Part shown: in pieces, positions 37,547-50,871 of the stretch
How positions within the stretch are numbered: position 1 is the stretch's first letter
Layout: each line of letters begins with the position of its first letter
NCBI RefSeq assembly: GCF_009834535.1
Contig: NC_045696.1
Span: forward strand, 71,302,001-71,366,000
Reading direction: 5' to 3'
Source: Camelus ferus
Taxonomy: Eukaryota
Length of the DNA: 64,000 bases
The notes under the pieces: generated by a model
What the model saw: only the letters and a program-made list of their open reading frames with translations
Told to the model about the DNA's origin: nothing
Database searches by the model: none
Program-made: the position numbers and the translations under genes

Positions 37547-40500
37547 TAAATTTGATTTTTAAAGGCAATTTCCACATCACTGTTTTGTGCTCTACCAGAT
37601 CATAATTCCCTGTGTCCAAGTAGAGAGTCAGAGCAGGCTAACTGCTGTGACAAACCAAGCTTTCAGCAGCTTAACACGATGACCCCACTCCCGTCACAGA
37701 GACGTGTGGTGCTGGGAGGGGTGGAGTGAGGGTTCCACTCATGCAGTCACTCAAGAACCCAGGCTTCCTCCCTCTGGTCACTCTGCCAACCTCTAGGCTT
37801 GAGGTCCTTAACCAGATCCTCTGTGTAGGCCTAGTAGGCTAGGGAAGAAAGAGCATGGAATGTTGAACAGGAAGTTTTTGTAGGCTAGGCCTAAAAATGG
37901 CATAGATTGCTTCCACTTAAATTTTGTTTGCTAGAACTCACTTATGCAGCTGCAGCTAGCTGCAAGGGAGGCTGGGTGGTGTCTAGCTGTGTGCTCAGGA
38001 GGCGAGAACTACCTTGAAGACAAAACAGCTTTGGTGAACATCTAGCCATCTCTGCTGCAGGTAATTAGTGATCTGTTGGAGCCTGTCTAGAGGTATAAAA
38101 ACAAAATACTAGTCTCCTAAAATCCTCATGTCTATTTATAATAGGTATTGACTCATTGTGTTTTAATTAAGGTTTTAAGCATAATGAGCTTTATAACCTA
38201 TCTGCGGTGTCACCTTCAACAAGAAAAGAGAATACTCATATTATCTGAGCACCTGTGTGCTAAGCATTGTGCAAGCACCTGCAACATGGCCTTATTTAAT
38301 TTTCTTAATGATTGTACTGGGTAGGTGTTGTTAAACATCCTGTTCTGATGAGGAAACAGTTCTGTGAAGATTAAGTCCTCTCAGGTCACGCATCCAGTGT
38401 GTGTACATTACGTAGAATTCAAACCGAGACAACTTGATTCCAGACTTCTTAGTGGTTCTCTCTCATCTCATGACCTCAGCTTCAGTTGCTTCGGGACTAA
38501 ATGCACATGCTGGACCAGATGGTCTCTAAGATTTCTTGCAGTTCCAATTCTATGATTTATGTGGATCAACAAGTATGCCCTGAAAAACCTGGATCCCGGA
38601 AACCTCATTTGAAACTTAGCTCCAGAACCGGCGATCCCTCCTAGCTCCCACGAGGGAGATGGTGTGTATCTGGAGGCTGCGGATCACCTCTTTTCCTGGA
38701 ATCTTCTCCCTCTCCTGCTGCTGTCTCTGGCCTGGGGCTCCTGTCCCACCCCCTCAGGTGGACTTGGTATAGGAAGACAAGCCAGCTGGAAATTGGTCTC
38801 CCACAGCCATGACCTGGCCACCTTCCAGAATAGAAGCCCCATCACCTACCTGGGGCCAATGCCAGACAGGGAGGCCTGTGAGCACGTGGTTGTTGGAGCA
38901 AAGACGCTTGGTTCTAGGGGCTGAGGGACACTGTTCTGACCTACCTTTAGTGTCCTTGGCAAAGAATCTAGTGGATGGTTGACTCAGTCTGACCACTGAT
39001 GAGAGAAAATGTGTCAACTGGCCCACCGGGGGTCCTCCCCTACCTCATCCCCATGGGCCTGTGAGAGAGGTCTTCCCTCCAAGCCCGCAAGGAATTTTAG
39101 GCACTCATTTCTCCTTCCTGTGTTACTGACCCCAACCATGTCTTCCCTCCCAGCTTCCCAATACCTGGACTCTAGCCTTTTCTGGATTTTCCTTGCCCAC
39201 CAAAATATTCATTGAACATCCATTAAGTGCTAGGCACTCACTCTTCTGGACACTGGAGACCAGAACCAGACACATGGAGCTTACAGCTGAAAAAGGAGAC
39301 TGAAATAATGTGCTTTCTGTATCTGTCTCTTTTTCTCTCCCTCCCTCCTCCTCCATGATTGTCTGTCTCTTGTTCCATCCAACCGGCATCTGAGAGCAGC
39401 CGGGATCTCTCATCACTGGGGAGGTGCCTGGATCAGTTCTGGCCAAGGTGGAACAGACACGCTTTCCTCCTATCAGAGGTGTTCTCTACCTTGAGGTCAT
39501 GCATTCTGACCTTGAGTGTGGTAAGCTCTAAAGGTCTAATATAATGATTTGGGCACAGGGCTGGTGCCAATAAAGGCCTCTGGGTCTTGGGCCTCCCTGA
39601 GACAGCCACAGGTGTCATCTAGCACCAGACTGCCTGGACTAGCCCATCAAGTGCCTCACAGAGGCATGGCCAAAGCCTTGAAGCAATCAGTGTAAGTGTT
39701 TTGCTTAGAGCAGCTTTGGTGTTTATTTCCTTTGGGAACCAGCAACTAGTCAAGATTGCAGGGGCTGGGCCCTAGCCACACACCATGTGATACAACCACT
39801 GGCATTCATGTTAGATAAGCAAAGCAATGTTTGACTAAGTGACATGATACCACCCGTTCCCAGATGTGATGGGGTTCTGCCCGTAAATCACACCCACCTT
39901 GGGGAGCCATTTTGAATTCACCGAGAAACCACTCCTGGTTTCAAAACTTTGTCCTCGGCCAGTACTAGAGTCGCTCTCCAAAACAGGCCCAGAAGGAAAG
40001 CTGCTGCTGCCTCTTCCAGAAAATCTCTGCTGACAACTTTGTCTACTAGACAATAGTCCACACAGCAAATTCCTTTCAGAATTTGGTATCGGGAAAGTTC
40101 TCTGCCTCTCAGTGGGGATTCTGGAACATGCTCCATCCCCCTTCTGATTCTGGCTGACAGGAAGCTTAGGCACTGTAAGTACATCTAGCTTAATCCGCCA
40201 TGAGATTTTGGATCTTTCCTTTGGATTATTTAAAATATATTTAATATTTTAAATCAAAGCTGCCATAAATCTTGTTCAGATAAGAGGAATACGCTGAGTA
40301 TAATGAAAACATCGTTCTGGTTTGATGAATAATCCAGCTACCCCCGGAGCTCTGGGAAGGCAGGAGGCAGTGGGTGCGGGTGTGCCCATGTGCATGAGTG
40401 TGGGGAGGGTGTCAGCTGCCCTTTGCCACATTCTTCAGACACCAAGCCTCCTCCTGAGCCCTGGGATCCTACCCCCGGGGCACCACAATGGCGTGGGAGT

Positions 40501-41710
40501 GTCTTTTGCTACCCAGCTTCCCCTCTTCAAATTGAGGTTGAAAGAAAGCAACTCCCTGCGGGAACACTCAGCAGAATACTTCATGCCAAGATTTCATACC
40601 AAACAGTCAGACATCACATCATCATTTCTCTACCTACAAAGCCCGGGGACTTACAGAGTCGGAGGCTGTAGGGTGTTCATGGGGAGAAGTCAAACTGAGA
40701 TACACTGGAGAAAGAAGGAACGCACAATTAATAATAAAATGTGCAAAGCAGGGCATGTCCTTCAGGGCTGGCCGTTGCCCTGGTTTCCTGGATATGATCT
40801 TAGAGTCTGACCCTCCTTCAGTTAGGGATCCATGGGTCTCCCAACCTTCCCCAGAAATAGCTCCAGTTCTTTGGGGTTGTCACCCAACTGTCCAGAGGCC
40901 ACCTGTATTTGTTCCCACTCACTCCCAGGAGGCACTGGGCACACTGTGTAAATTCAACACAAATTGGAGAAGTATAAGTCTCCCTCTTTATTCGTGTGCA
41001 CGGAGATAAGTTGGGGGACCTCTTCTACCTCACCTCTCCTCAGTTTTTTTATCTCTAGTGGTCTCTGTACCTCCTTATTTTTGTCTCTTCCCCCCTAGAG
41101 TAGGGGAGAGATGGGGGTGGGGCTACAGACAGCCCAAAACTTGCTGGAGTGGGTGTGGGGTGGAACATCCTCCTGGCACTGAACATGGCTTAGGCCCAGG
41201 ATTGAGGTAGATCCAGAGGTGGGAGAAGGCAGCCTTTTATCTGAGATCCATCACATTGCAGGGGGCAGTCTATTATGGAAATTAGCTCCTGCCTGAGGCA
41301 GTGATATGCTCCCTTCTCCAAGGGCCCTGAAGGGGGTACCCTTGAAGGGGGAGGGGAGAGAAGGGAGGATTGGAAAGGGCATTTCAGCACTGAAGAAGGG
41401 CCTCCTGGGTGCAGCATCACATGGGTTGCAGAGGCAGAGCTGGGACCAGCCTGGGCCTGTGAAGGAGGCCCCTACAGCTGTGTCAGAACCTCTGGAAGCA
41501 TGAGTAGCTCAGGGTGTCTCACTTCTGTTTTCACTTGGCCTTTAGTAAACTTCCTTTTGAGTATGTTGGCTTGTCCTAGCTGGAAGGCAGCCGTGGAAAG
41601 AGAAAACTGAACTTGGAGAGAGACGATCTAGGTTAGAATTGTAGCCCTACCACTTTCCTGAGCACATCAGTTCACCCTTGCCTCCTTCATCTGTAAAGCA
41701 GAAGCAGTAA

Positions 41711-42308
41711 TGTTACCCAAAAACTGCATTTGCCTCCTGGTCGATGTTGAGCCAAAAGACACAATCAAGCCAAAGAGGGGGGGAGAAGAAAGGATTTATC
41801 ATTACTTGCTGCAAGTAGGGAGAACACCAGGGATCTTTCCCAAATCAGTGTCTCCCAGAATAGCAACATTGGGGAAGATTTAAGCTAAGGGTTCATGCAA
41901 TTTATGAAAGGGTTTGGGCGGTCGGTGGAGTCCAAGCTTTAGCTGATTGAAGTTATGAGGGTCAGAAAAGGTCATCATCAGCATCCGTTAGATTCCAGGA
42001 GAGCTGGTGGTTGAGCCCTTCAGGCTAATCTTTACCACTGAAACCGAACTGGAAGTCTTTACAACTAATGTATTATCTTTGCTCTTGTTATTTCTCTTGC
42101 CTGATAATAGTCATTTGTTCTTGCATTCTTTTGTTCTCTTAAGATCATTAATTACTGAGCCCTGTTCCACGACAAGCATTGTGGCCAGGCTTAGATCACA
42201 AAATGGCTTAGGCCAAAAAAAGAAAAAAGAAAAAAAAGGCTTCTCTTATGTCAAGAAAGCCCTGCCTGATTTTCTTTCTCTGGGGACCCACTACCTTATC
42301 TGCTTACA
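41711..42308 (-). mobile_element. ERV1-like solo LTR
   Basis: TG...CA ends with 4-bp TSD GTAA (41707..41710, 42309..42312); inserted into a MIR-like fragment. Confidence 0.8.
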
Positions 42309-44184
42309 GTAACACCCTTCATGGTATTATAGAAAGGATTGGTTTAGAAATTTGATGGGCAAATACTTCACACAGGGAAGATGCTCAACCAAGACATCTT
42401 TAGTTGATTTGAGTTGTTCCTAAAGGAACAGGAGATGGAGCCTGAGTTCTATCCACCCTTGGGCTAGAATGCAAAAGCAGAAACAGGGAGCCCCATAGCC
42501 TGAGTGGCGATGATGGCTGGGATCATAAGGAGACCACATATGAAGGTACAACTTGAGGGTGGGCTACCACAGGGTCAGACAAGTTCTGCATGGGGATGTC
42601 CTTCTAAATGGGACCCTTGTGGCCCACCTCCACCATTTTATTGGGGAGCCCACACCTCAAGTCCAACAATGAGGGCCTTGGCCAAGCGATGAGGCAGGGG
42701 CTAGCATTCTAGGGCCTCCATTCCTGGTCCTGGACCGCCATCCCTGGAATCTGACTTCAGTCTGGCCCTGTGTGCCAGGTGTGTCTCTGTTCAGGAGCCA
42801 CATCCTACCCTCAGGAACCAGACGAAGGGGAGGAAGTTTGTCATGCTTAGGAATGTTGACCTAGTCTCCTACTAGGATAATAAATTTCTGGGTCTTAAAG
42901 AAAAGGTTTCAAATGCTATATCTGATTTTGAGGAGGTTCTGAGAAACATTCCTGGCCAAGATACCAGATGACAGGTGGACCCAAATGGAATGTGGTCACT
43001 GGGTCACAAGACGGTTGACAGACCCATCTCCAAAAGCAGAGTCACCATCACAGACACTGCCCAACCATGTGCACCTGTGCAAAAGCCTCTACAAAAACCC
43101 TTATGACCACTAGCACCACCCACCCCCGCCACTTTCAAAATGCCATCCTCACCTGCCCAAACTGCCAAAACCATGTGAATTAAACAAAAGTCTGGAATGG
43201 TGTACTAAGTTTCATGCGAGATATTCCAAGGTCCCTGCACTGTAGTGGGGAGGGAAGGTGGTAAAACAAAAGTCTAGATGTGTGTGGAAGGACCACCATG
43301 AAGCAGCTCTCATGCAGGGGAGGCTGGTGTGCTCACACAGAGGAACATTAAGTGCCATGGGACTGGCCTTGGGGGCCATTAGGCCCTTCTGTCTGTGAGT
43401 CCACGTTGCTCAGTGACAACTCAGGACATGGTATCTGCCCTGAGGACTTTGCCATATTGCAGAAAGGATGGAGGAGACACCCAACATGGTTAACAGAACC
43501 AAGGAATCAAGCCAGAACAAGGCAAGGACCACTGTGGCAGACAGTGCCGGTGTTTAGAGGTAACAGCTAGACTGGTGAGGTTGACTAGAGAAGCATTTAG
43601 AGAAGTGCAGTCTCCTAAGCAGCAGTTTGAGGAAGAAGGAACATGATTTGTTGGAGAAGGGAAGGCAGCTCATAAAAATCAGAATGCAGCAGTTTTGTGA
43701 AATTGCAGCAGTAACAGTATTTGCACCAGCATGTACGTTACCCACATGCACTTTCGTTTAACATCGTCTCATCTCATCCTTCCAGCAACCCTGTGAGGAG
43801 AGCATCCTTGTCGTCACACCCAGGTGAGATAGGCCTTGAAGACAGATAGAACTTCTAGAGGTGGAGACGTGGGGGAAGGCCCTCTGAGCGGAGGGAACTG
43901 TATGGGCAAAGGCGTGGAGATGGGGAAGCACTGGCTGTGTTGATGGGGAGGTGAGTGTTGGGTTTTCCATGTGCAGAGTGAAGTCTGAGAACCTTTGTAC
44001 TGAAGGTTCCTGAGCAGCATGGATGGCATAAGCACCCTGCTCAGGAAGATGCAATGAGGGCAGCAAGGGGGGGGGGGTGGGAGGGAGACTGGAGATGGAG
44101 GCCCATTGGAGGCTACTTCAAGAGGCAAGATGGGAAGTAAGAGGGTCCTGAGCTAGGGCACAAATCGGGGTGACAGTGAACACA

Positions 44185-44510
44185 AAGCTTTCCAGGTTCA
44201 TCCATGTTCTAGCATGTATCAGTACTTTTTATGACTTTTTAATGGCTGAATCGTAGTCTGCCGTATGATTATACCACATTTTATTTACCCATTCATCCGT
44301 TGACGGACACGTGAGTTGTTTCTTTTTGGCCATTATGATTGATGCCGCTGTGAACACTTGTGAGCATGTTTCTGAGTGAACATAGGTCTTCATTTCTCTC
44401 AGGTGTACACCTAGGAGTGGCATAGCTGGGTCGTGTGGTAGCTCTAGGAGTAACCATTTGAGGAGCTGCTAGATCATTTCCAAAGCACCTGAACCATTTT
44501 ACATTTTCTG
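44185..44510 (-). mobile_element. Old L1 ORF2 3' fragment
   Basis: Minus ORF PLLGVHLREMKTYVH...CPSTDEWVNKMWY is L1 ORF2 C-terminus-like. Confidence 0.8.
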
Positions 44511-45712
44511 TGGGATTTCTTGCCTTCCAGTTTCTAATAGGACTTGACCAATGGGAGGCACATTACATTACAGACCTCAGAGGGTGGAGCTGAGTGAGGA
44601 TGGGGTGTTTCTTTCATAGAGGATTGACGTAAACCAGCTGCATCCCACTACTGAGGCCAGAGCTCTTGTCAATGACAGAGTCACTGGTGGGCCTCCACCA
44701 AAGTAGGGCTCCAGGCTCTGTTGACATCTCTTGTCTTTTGATTTTTTTTCAATTGTCGTAATATACACAACATAAAGCTTACCATGTTAATCATTTCTGA
44801 GTATACAGTTTAGTGGCATTAAGTGCATTCACATTGTCGTGCAGCCGTCACCACCATCCATCTCCAGAACTTTTTCATTTTCCGGAACTTAAACTCCACA
44901 GCCATTAAACAATGCCCCCTCTCCTTTTTAAGCCTCAAGTGGGCAGGGCTCCCTGCCGTGGCTGCCCTCCGGCACTGCACTGTGCCTCATGGTTTCCCTA
45001 ATCCCCTGCCCACACACATTTGTAAATCCCTTTATTAAACTATCCTCAATTTACTTAACTCGAGTGTATCATTTATCTCCTGCCTCTCCTGATACAACAA
45101 CTCTGTGAGGTGGTGGCTACAGTTATCATCTCCATTGTACAGACAAAAGAACCAAGGCAGAGGGAGGCTGAATAACTTGCCCAAGCTCCTCATCTCATAA
45201 GGAGAAAACTAGGATTGATACCAAGCAGTTTGGCTCCAGGACAGTTGAGATAAAAGCAAAGGCTACTTGACTACTGACCAACATGGGGGCCCCCTCGCAG
45301 GTGTAGAGGCCGAGCTGACCAGAAGCTGGAACCAGGATGGGGTTGATGGGGAGGCTGGTGAGGCCTCCGGAGAGGCTGCTCAGTGCCCGGGCAGAGGAGA
45401 ACAGGAAAGAGGAGCCCAGTTTTCATCATACCCCGAGGGGAGACAATGCTGCTGCCAAAGGTTGTCCCCCATCCTTCTCGGAGCTGACCCAGGCGGTCGG
45501 CTGAAATTCCCTGGCAGAGGCTGAGAGGACCCTGACTGGGGTTGAGCTCCATGGGCCAGAGGTGAGGCTGCTGTGGGAGTGAAGGTGTCTCAACATGTCC
45601 CAGGCCGGAGCCCTGTGGCCCTGGGTGGGACCGGTGGGACCAAATGGATTTACTCCGATGTGAAAAGACTCCTGTGATTGCCTCCCTCCACGACGCTGCC
45701 TGGGAGCACTGG

Positions 45713-45719
45713 CATAAAA
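45713..45719 (+). promoter_or_regulatory. TATA-like box of CYP2AB1
   Basis: CATAAAA ~115 nt upstream of the ATG. Confidence 0.45.
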
Positions 45720-45830
45720 GCAGTGGGCAGGGGTGGGACAGGAGGGCACCAGAGAGGGCTGAGAGAGGCTGGAGTGCACTGGAAGCCCGGGGGCTGGAGG
45801 CCAAGGGGTGAGGGGAGGCTCAGACCCGAG

Positions 45831-46001
45831 ATGTTCTTCCTGCTCAGCGGGCTGGCTTTTCTGGCCATCTCCTTCCTGCTCCTGAAACTTGGCACCATCT
45901 ACTGGGAAAGGGGCCACCTTCCTCCTGGTCCCTTCCCCTTCCCCATCCTTGGAAACCTGTGGCAACTAAGCTTTCAGCTGCACCCAGAGACACTGCTCCA
46001 G
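45831..46001 (+). CDS. CYP2AB1: CYP2AB1 exon 1 (signal-anchor, PPGP)
   Basis: MFFLLSGLAFLAISFLLLKLGTIYWERGHLPPGPFPFPILGNLWQL...LLQ|gtagg, 171 nt. Confidence 0.93.
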
Positions 46002-47048
46002 GTAGGGACTCCGTCCTGAGTTGGAGGCCCTCCAGAGGAGCCGGCATACGGACCCTCCGTCTCTCTTAGTTCAGGGACACTAGAAGGAAGGAACTGTGGT
46101 CAGATACACATGGGGGTAAATCCTCCTCCGGCCACCCACTCCCTCTATGGCCTCAAGTCTCGCTTTCCTCATCTGTCAAAGGCAGGCTTGTTGGGGGATA
46201 GCAAATATTGAATGTAAAGACTTTGCACAAAGCTCACCGAACAGGATTCTAAGGCAGAAGTCTGCTGCCAATGTAACACAGGGGAGAAAACTGTTTTAAA
46301 AGGACTTTGCTCCAGGAGGGCACTGTTTGTGGCTGGAAGGAATTTTCTGAAAAGCCACTTGGGATGGGAACTGGGGAGAATGGGACACCCCAGGGCACAC
46401 TCAAGTAACACTGCTGCACTAAGTCCCCTTCTAGGGTTGATGGATCCCACCAGTGGGAGGGCTTCTGTTGCACTGAGGGGGTTTGAAATCCAGGTCAGAG
46501 CTGAACGGCTTCTGAGAACTAGAGAGCAGGAGACAATCCCTTCCCCATGGCAACACTCAGCTCTCATCAAGGTTGACGAAGTATTTTTAAAAATTCTGGT
46601 TGAAGATACTACATGACTGCGATCCCCAGGCTCCTCATGCAGTAGGAAAAGCACGTTAGTGAGGGAGCACTAGTGTAAAGGCCACACTGGACACGGAGCC
46701 CTGAAGAAAGTGTAGTTATAATTTAATATCATCTGTAAAATGGGTAGAGCAAACCCACCTCCCAGGATCGCTGGGGTCCAAACCGGATGTTCCGGGTGTA
46801 AGTGCTGGGCCCTGACCTGACTAACCAAAGTGCACAGGGAGCCTGCGACCCCAGCTGGCACCAGTGCTGACCGTGGGAACCCGGGGTTTGGCTGGTATGG
46901 GGAATGGGGTGGCGGGTGCTCTGAGAAGGCACACCTGAGGTGAGGACTGGGTGCCCGAAGAAGGTGGGGACTCATGCCAAGGCGAAGGCCCTGGGGAACG
47001 GGGCCAGCTGTGCTTTCTCTACAGCGCTGGGTCCCTGTCTCTCGGCAG

Positions 47049-47211
47049 CTGGCCCAGGCTCACGGCAGCGCGTTCACCGTGTGGGTGGGCCCGACACCCG
47101 TGGTGGTGCTGAGCGGCTTTCGGGCGGTGAAGGAAGCCCTGGTCTCCAACTCGGAGCAGTTCTCCGGCCGGCCCCTCACCCCCGTCTTCCAGGACCTGAT
47201 TGGAGAAAGAG
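47049..47211 (+). CDS. CYP2AB1: CYP2AB1 exon 2, GC donor
   Basis: gcag|LAQAHGSAFTVWVGPTPVVVLSGFRAVKEALV...GRP...IGER(G)|gcaagg, 163 nt. Confidence 0.92.
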
Positions 47212-47871
47212 GCAAGGCTGCCCTCCCTACTGGGGGGTGACTGCACTTGGGGGATCGAGCCCAGGGTGGCCCAGAAGTGTCAACAGGGAGGAAGCTGCCA
47301 GGAGGACTCGGGTCTCCTCTAGCACCTCTGTGTGAGGTGAAGGCACGGGGAGGAACCAGCTCTGGGGTCAGAAAGACCCGAGGTCAAGTCTCAGCCGCTC
47401 CCTGCCAGCTCTGTGACCAGGCCAGTCAGTCTCACGCTCCATCCCTTGGTGTACTCATCTGCTAGATGGCGACAGTGACTATTCTCCTCCCAGGGCCGTG
47501 GAAGAGATTAAGGGACCCCAGTACCTGAGAGTGCCCGGTACAGCACCTGGCTCAGCAAATGCCCTCCCCTCCCATCCTCCCCCCAGGCTCCGTCTTCCCG
47601 TCCGTTCTTTATCTCCTCCTCCATTTCTTGTGGGGACTCAAAGGCAAAATCAGCTCGGCGGCCTGGGAGGAGGCCATAGCTGAAGCCACCTTGAGGGCAC
47701 CAGGAGCACGGACCCCACAATTCCCAAATGCCCTTCGCCGGAGTCAGAGTACCAGCCCCAGCTGATTGGGAAGCCGTCCTGGGGTCTACCCGCCCGGCCT
47801 AGGTGAGAGCCAGGTGGCCTTGGCCTGGGAGGTTGGGAGGGCCTCCTGACTGTCCCCCAGTCTGGGCCCAG

Positions 47872-48021
47872 GAGTCATCTGCAGCAATGGGCACATGTGG
47901 TGGCAGCAGAGACGCTTCTGCCTGGCGACGCTTCGGGGGCTGGGCCTAGGCAAGCGGGCGCTGGAGCTGCAGCTGCAGGAAGTGGCAGCGGAGCTGGCTG
48001 AGGCCTTCCACCGGGAGCAGG
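47872..48021 (+). CDS. CYP2AB1: CYP2AB1 exon 3 (C-helix WxxxR)
   Basis: ccag|VICSNGHMWWQQRRFCLATLRGLGLGKRALELQLQEVAAELAEAFHREQ|gtaag, 150 nt. Confidence 0.92.
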
Positions 48022-48101
48022 GTAAGGAGCAGGCTAGGGCGGGCTACCCTAATCCCCCTACAACACACACATGAACATCCCTGCAAGGAGGCTGAGCCTT
48101 G

Positions 48102-48103
<2 letters not shown>

Positions 48104-48151
<48 letters not shown>
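48104..48151. repeat. (GT)24 microsatellite in CYP2AB1 intron 3
   Basis: Perfect dinucleotide run. Confidence 0.97.
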
Positions 48152-48153
<2 letters not shown>

Positions 48154-48743
48154 AAAGAGGTGGACCCTTTGAGGGTCCAGTAGGGGATTTATGAGCTACA
48201 TCAACAAATAGGGACTTTCCATAAGGTGGACAGACACGGTCATAGGAACATCCAGTCTGCTGGGAAGCCTGAAGCCCTTCTCTACACGTGGGGAAACGTC
48301 TTTCCTCAACATCTCAGGCCTTTGACCCCTCTAAAACTTTGCATGTGCTGTTCCCCCTCCAGAATATCCTAATCCACACTCCTTCCCTCCCTATGAGAAA
48401 CCACTGCTCCTTTCAGACCTGGTTGACATCATCTGCCTAAGAAGCCCTCCCTGAATTATCCCAGGGACACCTGTTCCCTCCAGCTTTTGTTCTCAGTTGG
48501 GACATACCTGCTCCACATTCTAATATGTTTAAATGGTGTCTGTCTTCCACACCCTCCCTGCAAACCCAGTGCCTGTCACTGAGCCTGGCTCATAGAAGGT
48601 GCCCAGTAAGCATTTGTTGAGTGAATGAATGAGGACTGAGTATGAATGGATAAGGCAATGAACGACTGTATACAGATTGCATTAATGCTCAGGGCAGTGC
48701 TCTTTTTGCCTCCTCACCCTGGGCCCTTCCCCTCTGCTCTCAG

Positions 48744-48904
48744 GTAGACCCTTCGACCCTCAGGTACCCATTGTCAGGTCCACTGCCAGAGTCATTGGGG
48801 CCCTCGTGTTTGGCCGCCGCTTCCTCCTGGAGGACCCTTTCCTCAAGGACATGATTCAAGCCATCGACTTTGGCCTGGCCTTTGTCAGCACCATTTGGCA
48901 CCGG
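48744..48904 (+). CDS. CYP2AB1: CYP2AB1 exon 4
   Basis: tcag|RPFDPQVPIVRSTARVIGALVFGRRFLLEDPF...STIWHR|gtaag, 161 nt. Confidence 0.93.
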
Positions 48905-49381
48905 GTAAGTTGGCCCTTGGGAAGGTAGGTATGGGGACCATTGGACAGCTTGGGGCCCAGGGCAGGCAGGGCTTCTGCCAGAGCCTGGCAGGGAAGGTGT
49001 GAGGTTGGCAGAAGGAAGGCCCAGGGCCTGAATCTGTGTCCCTCAGGCAGCCTCTGCTCAGCAAAATGACACTCACAGCATCAAAACATTTGCTGTGGTT
49101 CATCATGGAAGCGTGGGCAGGGGGAAGAGACAGGTTAGATCCCCTTAAACACGTTTCTGGGCCTGCACCATCCTAGCTGAGCCCTGGGTTCAATGTCTGC
49201 TACCACTGTTTTCACTTCTGTCTAGATTATTTTGGGAGTGTGGAGGGTCTCCAGATGACAAGCAGGCCTGGGATGCCCACGTCAGGGGTCCTAGCCTGCT
49301 TGGCGCCCCCAGCACCAGTCTCAGCTGCCCAAACTCAGGGCCAGCACCTGAGCAGTGCCTGGACAGCCTCTTCCCCCACAG

Positions 49382-49555
49382 CTGTACGACATGCTCCCTT
49401 GGGCCTTCCGCCGCCTCCCAGGCCCCCACCAGGAGATGTTTAGGTACCAGGAGGCTGTTCGGGGCTACCTCTGCCAGGAGATCAACAGACACAAACTCAG
49501 CGCCTCTGAAGCCCCCAAGGCCTTCATCAGCTGCTACCTGGCCCAGATCACCAAG
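49382..49555 (+). CDS. CYP2AB1: CYP2AB1 exon 5
   Basis: acag|LYDMLPWAFRRLPGPHQEMF...PKAFISCYLAQITK|gtggg, 174 nt. Confidence 0.93.
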
Positions 49556-49973
49556 GTGGGCCTGAAATGGATGCAGAGGGAAGGGGGAGGCTGTCTTCTT
49601 GGCTGCACCTCGTTACAGGGCCAGGGCCTCCATTCCTCACCCTTTCCGCAGTCTACAAGCTGTCAGAACACGCTGAAGCAGCAGGCATTTGGCGTTTTCT
49701 TCCCTGTCTTTTCCCAGGCCAGGGCTGGCTCCTGCGGACATGTGTAGGGTGGGAAGTGGGAGACCTAGGTGATGTCAGGGCCAGCATCCTGGGGCAGTCC
49801 CCCTTCCCCCCAAAAGTCAATGTAGTTCTGGGACTCAGGCCCTCCTGAGGGGTCTGATGCGAGAGGAGTTCTTGTCCCACAAGCCTAGGCCAGACTTCAT
49901 GGAGACACCAGGGCTCTGTAGGGGAGAGCTTCAGAAAGCTCTGCTGTCCCTTCACCCACCCTCCACCCTCCAA

Positions 49974-50115
49974 ACCAAAGACGACCCTGTCTCCACATTC
50001 AGTGAGGACAACCTGATCCAGGTGGTGATCGATCTGTTTCTGGGAGGCACGGACACCACGGCCACTACCCTGCGCTGGGCACTCTTCTATATGGTCCAGC
50101 ACAGAGCCATCCAGG
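49974..50115 (+). CDS. CYP2AB1: CYP2AB1 exon 6 (I-helix); acceptor reads AA
   Basis: ctccaa|TKDDPVSTFSEDNLIQVVIDLFLGGTDTTATTLRWALFYMVQHRAIQ|gtaag; 142 nt is the usual CYP2 exon 6 size. Confidence 0.85.
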
Positions 50116-50871
50116 GTAAGGGGCCTGGGTCACACCTGGCTGGCTGCCCCATGCCCATTTCCCCTGAAGCACCTGCCACCATCAACGTCTTTGGTCTGTA
50201 GCCCCAGGGGTGGGTCCTGATCTTATCTCTGTAATACAGGGAGTGTTCATGGCTTTAAGTCAGAAGGGTGGGGTGCAGGGTTCTATTCCCACCCTGCTAC
50301 TTACTGAGTGGTCTCAGGTAAGTATTTCAACCTCTTAGAACTAGTGTGAAATGAGGTGATATTATTTCACTCTTTTAGTAATGATTCACCAGGTCCTGTG
50401 CCGATGTCCACTCATGACCACAATTGTAGAAGGAAAAGATGACAAGAGTTCTCTCAGGGGCAAAATGCCTATGACCTAAGTTCAAATCCCGGCTCCACCA
50501 GTTTTGTGACCTTGTGCAGAAGTCCCTGTCCGATTGCAGCCTCAGTTTTCCTATCTGTAAAATGGAGGCAGCAGTTCCTACCCCATAGGATTCTTTGTAT
50601 ATAGAACACCTGGCACATAGTGGGTGCTCAAATCTGGGTCCTTCCCCTTCCCTCAAGTCCCCTCTGGAGGAGGAAACCCTGTAAAATCTAGTTCACAAGC
50701 TCTGCCTCAGGGAGGGCCTGCCACTGTGTGACCAGGGGTGACTGTGTGGGTGGGGCGACCTTAAGGTCATGAGCCTCCGCGGCTGTCTGGGTGTGGGGAC
50801 GAGGAGGGTAGGGTGTGGTGGGGAGCCCGGGCTGCAGCGCCTTCCCGGGACCCACGCCGAGCCGCGCGCAG

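Noticed and set aside
39835..40184. Unique-looking stretch with ORFs on minus and a + strand gtaagt donor at ~40175
   Set aside because: All + frames contain stops, no partner exons or recognisable homology were found; cannot support a call without a search.
45271..45965. Minus-strand 177/179-aa ORFs opposite CYP2AB1 exon 1
   Set aside because: Shadow ORFs of GC-rich or coding sequence with no motifs.
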